From Felis catus (Eukaryota), in NCBI RefSeq assembly GCF_018350175.1, contig NC_058368.1, forward strand, positions 62,994,001 through 63,058,000: a stretch of 64,000 nucleotides of DNA, read 5' to 3'. The notes below the pieces were generated by a model that worked only from the letters and a program-made list of their open reading frames with translations, was not told the origin of the DNA and searched no databases. Every line of letters begins with the position of its first letter. Positions within the stretch are counted from its first letter, which is position 1. The translations under genes were made by a program, and so were the position numbers. Shown here in pieces: positions 60,824 through 64,000 of the stretch.

Positions 60824-61569
60824 AGACCTAGTGTGGCATTTTCTGACTACCTCGCCTACAGGAAAAATTCCCACCCTCTCCCCTGCCCATTTTACTCCTT
60901 TCCTTCACATTATTCTGTTGTATTTTCTTAATAGCCCAAAATAGTCTTTTATTTATTTATCTTTGAACACTTTCTGCCTCTAATAGTTTACCTTAAGGGC
61001 CTACCTCCCATAAGAACAAAGACCTGTTTACCCCTGAATTTCCTAGAAAAAAAAGTATACCATGCTTTCAATAAGTAGTCAATAACTACTTGCTTACTGA
61101 ATAACGACCATGTCTTCAATATATTGGAAGCTAATTTTGTGGAGTTAGTGATAATTCCAAAACTACAGCATGTGGTTGTGACAGGTACAATAAAAATCAC
61201 GTTAGGGTCCAACATATAGGACATTTCTCAGAAATACTTTCTGGAGTTTGACTCAAATTCTAATTTTCTTTTGAATTCACTAATGGGGTAAATCTATATC
61301 CTTATAAATTAGAATCATGCTAGACTATTATCCTAACAAAAATTTTTTTTCATTGTTTTGGGTTAAATGCTATAGTTATCTTATCACTTGTTCCCTTGTT
61401 TGGATGGCACCTCTATAACACTGGGATTTTTTGTTTTGTTTTCTTAAACTTGGGGTCACAGACCACTTAGATGAAAGAATGGCATTTTTCTACAGAAAAA
61501 TAAAGATGTAATGATATACTCATAATTTTATACATAATTTCATGTGTCTGAGGAAGGCCATGACCAGGC

Positions 61570-61835
61570 TTGCCAAATTATCTTGTGTCATCTGATGGAG
61601 GACAAATGAAACATGTATATATCTGTAGCATAGCAAGAAATGGTTACTGTTGCAGAATCATGGTCTATAAAGTTGACCCTGGGTCTACTAAAGTGGACTC
61701 TGGGGGGGGGGGGGGGGGTTGTGGGAAGACCATAAGCTCAAGCCTCTGGAGTTTCTTCATCAGGGTGACTCCTCACTCTCCACAAAGAGTACCAAGACCT
61801 CTGAACTGAGGTGTGCCATGGGGAGGAACCTGACA
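61570..61835 (+). mobile_element. Putative LTR upstream of the ERVL-like internal region
   Basis: Ends ggggaggaacctgaca just before a PBS-like motif. The left boundary is uncertain. Confidence 0.35.
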
Positions 61836-63300
61836 AGTAGGTGTTGCCTTGACCGGAAGGTGTTGCCTTGACCGCCTACGTGCATATTATATTGTTTATT
61901 TCCTGGTTGAGCAGTAAAATTAGGTGGAAGCAATGTCAGCTGTATCTAATGATTCCTTGCTAGTCCTCAGCCCAGATCACCCCTTTGAGCATGGTCTAGC
62001 TCATTTGGCATACTCCTAAGGATCTGTCACATTGATGTGATATATGAGAATGAGTGGAGACACCTAAGAATGAAACCTTCTGGTACTGAAATTACCTGTA
62101 AGAATTCTTGGTATCTGATGGCCTGTGCATTTTTAGGAAATGAAAATTGAGGGTTGAACTGTGGTTTAGGGTTTTGGCTGCTGGCTACCCCTTACTGTCT
62201 AAAGAGGAATGGGCTTTTAAGTGTACATGTTTGAAGTTGTTAATTTTTAGTTAGAGGATTCCTGTGAGTATTCAGGATAATCCTCTTAGGTCTTTGCTAA
62301 CCCTTGCTTATACTGTGCAACTGTACTGATTCTAAGCAAGTACAGACTATATAGAAAATTCTAGGAGGATGGGAGATTTATAGAACACAAGTATTCTAAC
62401 CCAATAACAGCAAGAGCCTCTGATTGATAATCTTATATGGAAATAATAAATTTGTATCTGTTCCTGGATATTTCAGTGGGACCAGAAAAGAATAGTGTAT
62501 TGTTGAGGAGAATCTCTTAGGTGTGATTCGCTGGGCTACTCATTATGTCCTCTCGGCATTTGGGATCCCTGCTCCTGTTGCTCCCCATTAAGAAACTCAT
62601 TTCACCACCACTGATGTTCAGACTGTGCTCTTAGAACTGCAGTTTCACTTCTGATTTTATCTTTAGGCAGGGGAAGTAACAGAGATTGATGGTGTTTTAA
62701 AGGAGCAAATATGTGAAAATATTCTTAACTTCAACTTATGGACATTTCCTAACCAACAAGAACCCAGTTAAAAACTGATTGGAGCCAAAATTAAAGAGGA
62801 CCTTAATTTCATTGGGACTTCATGACAGTCACTAACACAAAGGAATTTTTTTGGCTATTGTAACACTAATTCTAAGTTGTTTGGTTTTTTGTATGGTACT
62901 TTATTCCGGTTGCTGCCAAGGACTCTATGATCCTGTACTGCTCTGGCCCGTCTAAGGGAATAATAGATGCAAGAGAAATGGCAATAGTAGTCTCATGTAT
63001 TGTACCAAAACAGTGGGTCAAAGTGATTACAAAGAAGGAACGAAATGGATAGCACAGGAGGGCAAGGGCAGTATTGGTTACATTCTTTGACGAGTTTATT
63101 ACATTCTTGGATGGGTAGCCCTACTGAAATCCATCAGGTATTACCCATGTGATCAGTTATCATCGGGACACCCTGATTATATTGGCTCTGAGTGAGGCTT
63201 TTCATCACCATCCTGAGGTGAATGACAGCTGTGAAGCATTCATGGTATTTGGCCCCACAAGTGAATACTGACATCAAATCTCAAGAAATGGCCTGGAGAG
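61836..63300 (+). mobile_element. ERVL/class III-like internal remnant (PBS-like motif, integrase core, possible gag and dUTPase traces)
   Basis: A single frame at 62559-62711 reads FGIPAPVAPH*ETHFTTTDVQT...AGEVTEIDGVLKEQI, resembling ERVL integrase GIPHSIASDQGTHFTA...AGLIERWNGLLK. Confidence 0.62.
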
Positions 63301-63633
63301 ATTATACCAAATAACCAGAACTCCATAAACTGAAGTGTGAGGTGAACTCACCCACATCTCCTTTACTAGTTAAAAAGAGGTTTGCTTGTATGTGAGGAAA
63401 AAAACCAAATAACTAGTAAGTGATCTAGCTGTTGAACAAGATGGAGGGTTTCTTTGTTTTTGTTTTTTTTTTTTTTTTGTTTTTGTTTTTTTTGTTTTTC
63501 CTAACAAAATCTGTTGGGGCTTTTTGGTCCTGGAATGGCATGGTCTCTGTTTTACAAAATAATCAGGAAAACTATTCTTCCAGTTCATTGTTCTGCCATT
63601 CTAAAGGTGATAGCTCTTGTCCTCAAGATCCAT

Positions 63634-63982
63634 TGTCTTAGTCTGCTCAGGCTTTCATAACAAAATACTGTAGACTGGGTGGCTTAAACAACAGAAATTT
63701 ATTTTCTCATAGTTCTTTAGGAGAATGCTAAAATGGACAGGTTCTGGTGAGGGCTCTCTTGCTGACTTGCAAGTGACCATCTTCTCACTGTCCTCTTACC
63801 TGGTGGTGAGAGAGAGAGAGAAATCTCTTGGTTCTCCTCTTATAAGGGCACTAATCCAGTCATGAAGACCCCACCCTCATGATCTCATCAGATCCAATTA
63901 CCTTCTAAAGGCCTTGTCTCCAAGTATCACACTGGGGTTTAGAGCTTAAACTGAATTTCAGGAGACACATTCAGCCATAGCA
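63634..63982 (-). mobile_element. MaLR solo LTR (MLT1A/MLT1A0-like), both termini present
   Basis: tgtcttagtctgctcaggct...gactgggtggcttaaacaacagaaattt...gacacattcagccatagca. Confidence 0.88.
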
Positions 63983-64000
63983 GGATTATAGCCCCTGATC

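Noticed and set aside
61702..61718. G17 homopolymer
   Set aside because: A simple run with unreliable length and no evidence of function.

Overview
This is mammalian non-coding DNA, very probably from a felid: it holds tRNA-derived Can-SINEs, and three of them match the cat SINEC_Fc pattern as I recall it. I found no host protein-coding exon, RNA gene or prokaryote-type system. The ORFs in the track are LINE-1 fragments, antisense SINE/L1 read-throughs, microsatellites or chance ORFs. Three long, decayed minus-strand LINE-1 copies dominate the window. L1-A (1-5101) keeps its 5'UTR and runs off the left edge. L1-B (21243-27764) is old and full length and splits a MaLR internal fragment. L1-C (~36942-40515) is 3'-truncated and has a different 5'UTR. 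Around them lie about 17 Can-SINEs, several MaLR/ERV1/ERVL LTRs, an ERVL-like internal remnant (61836-63300), and old L2/MIR/L1M fragments. The best observations concern retroelement mechanics: a 28-nt L1 insertion with a perfect 16-bp TSD, nested insertions whose order can be reconstructed, 5'UTR replacement between L1 copies, and a duplicated PBS-like motif. There is also a (TG)n/(CA)n hairpin and one weak microexon candidate. I could not support a previously undescribed biological system. Repeat subfamily names come from recalled consensus sequences and need RepeatMasker/Dfam confirmation, and boundaries of old repeats are approximate.
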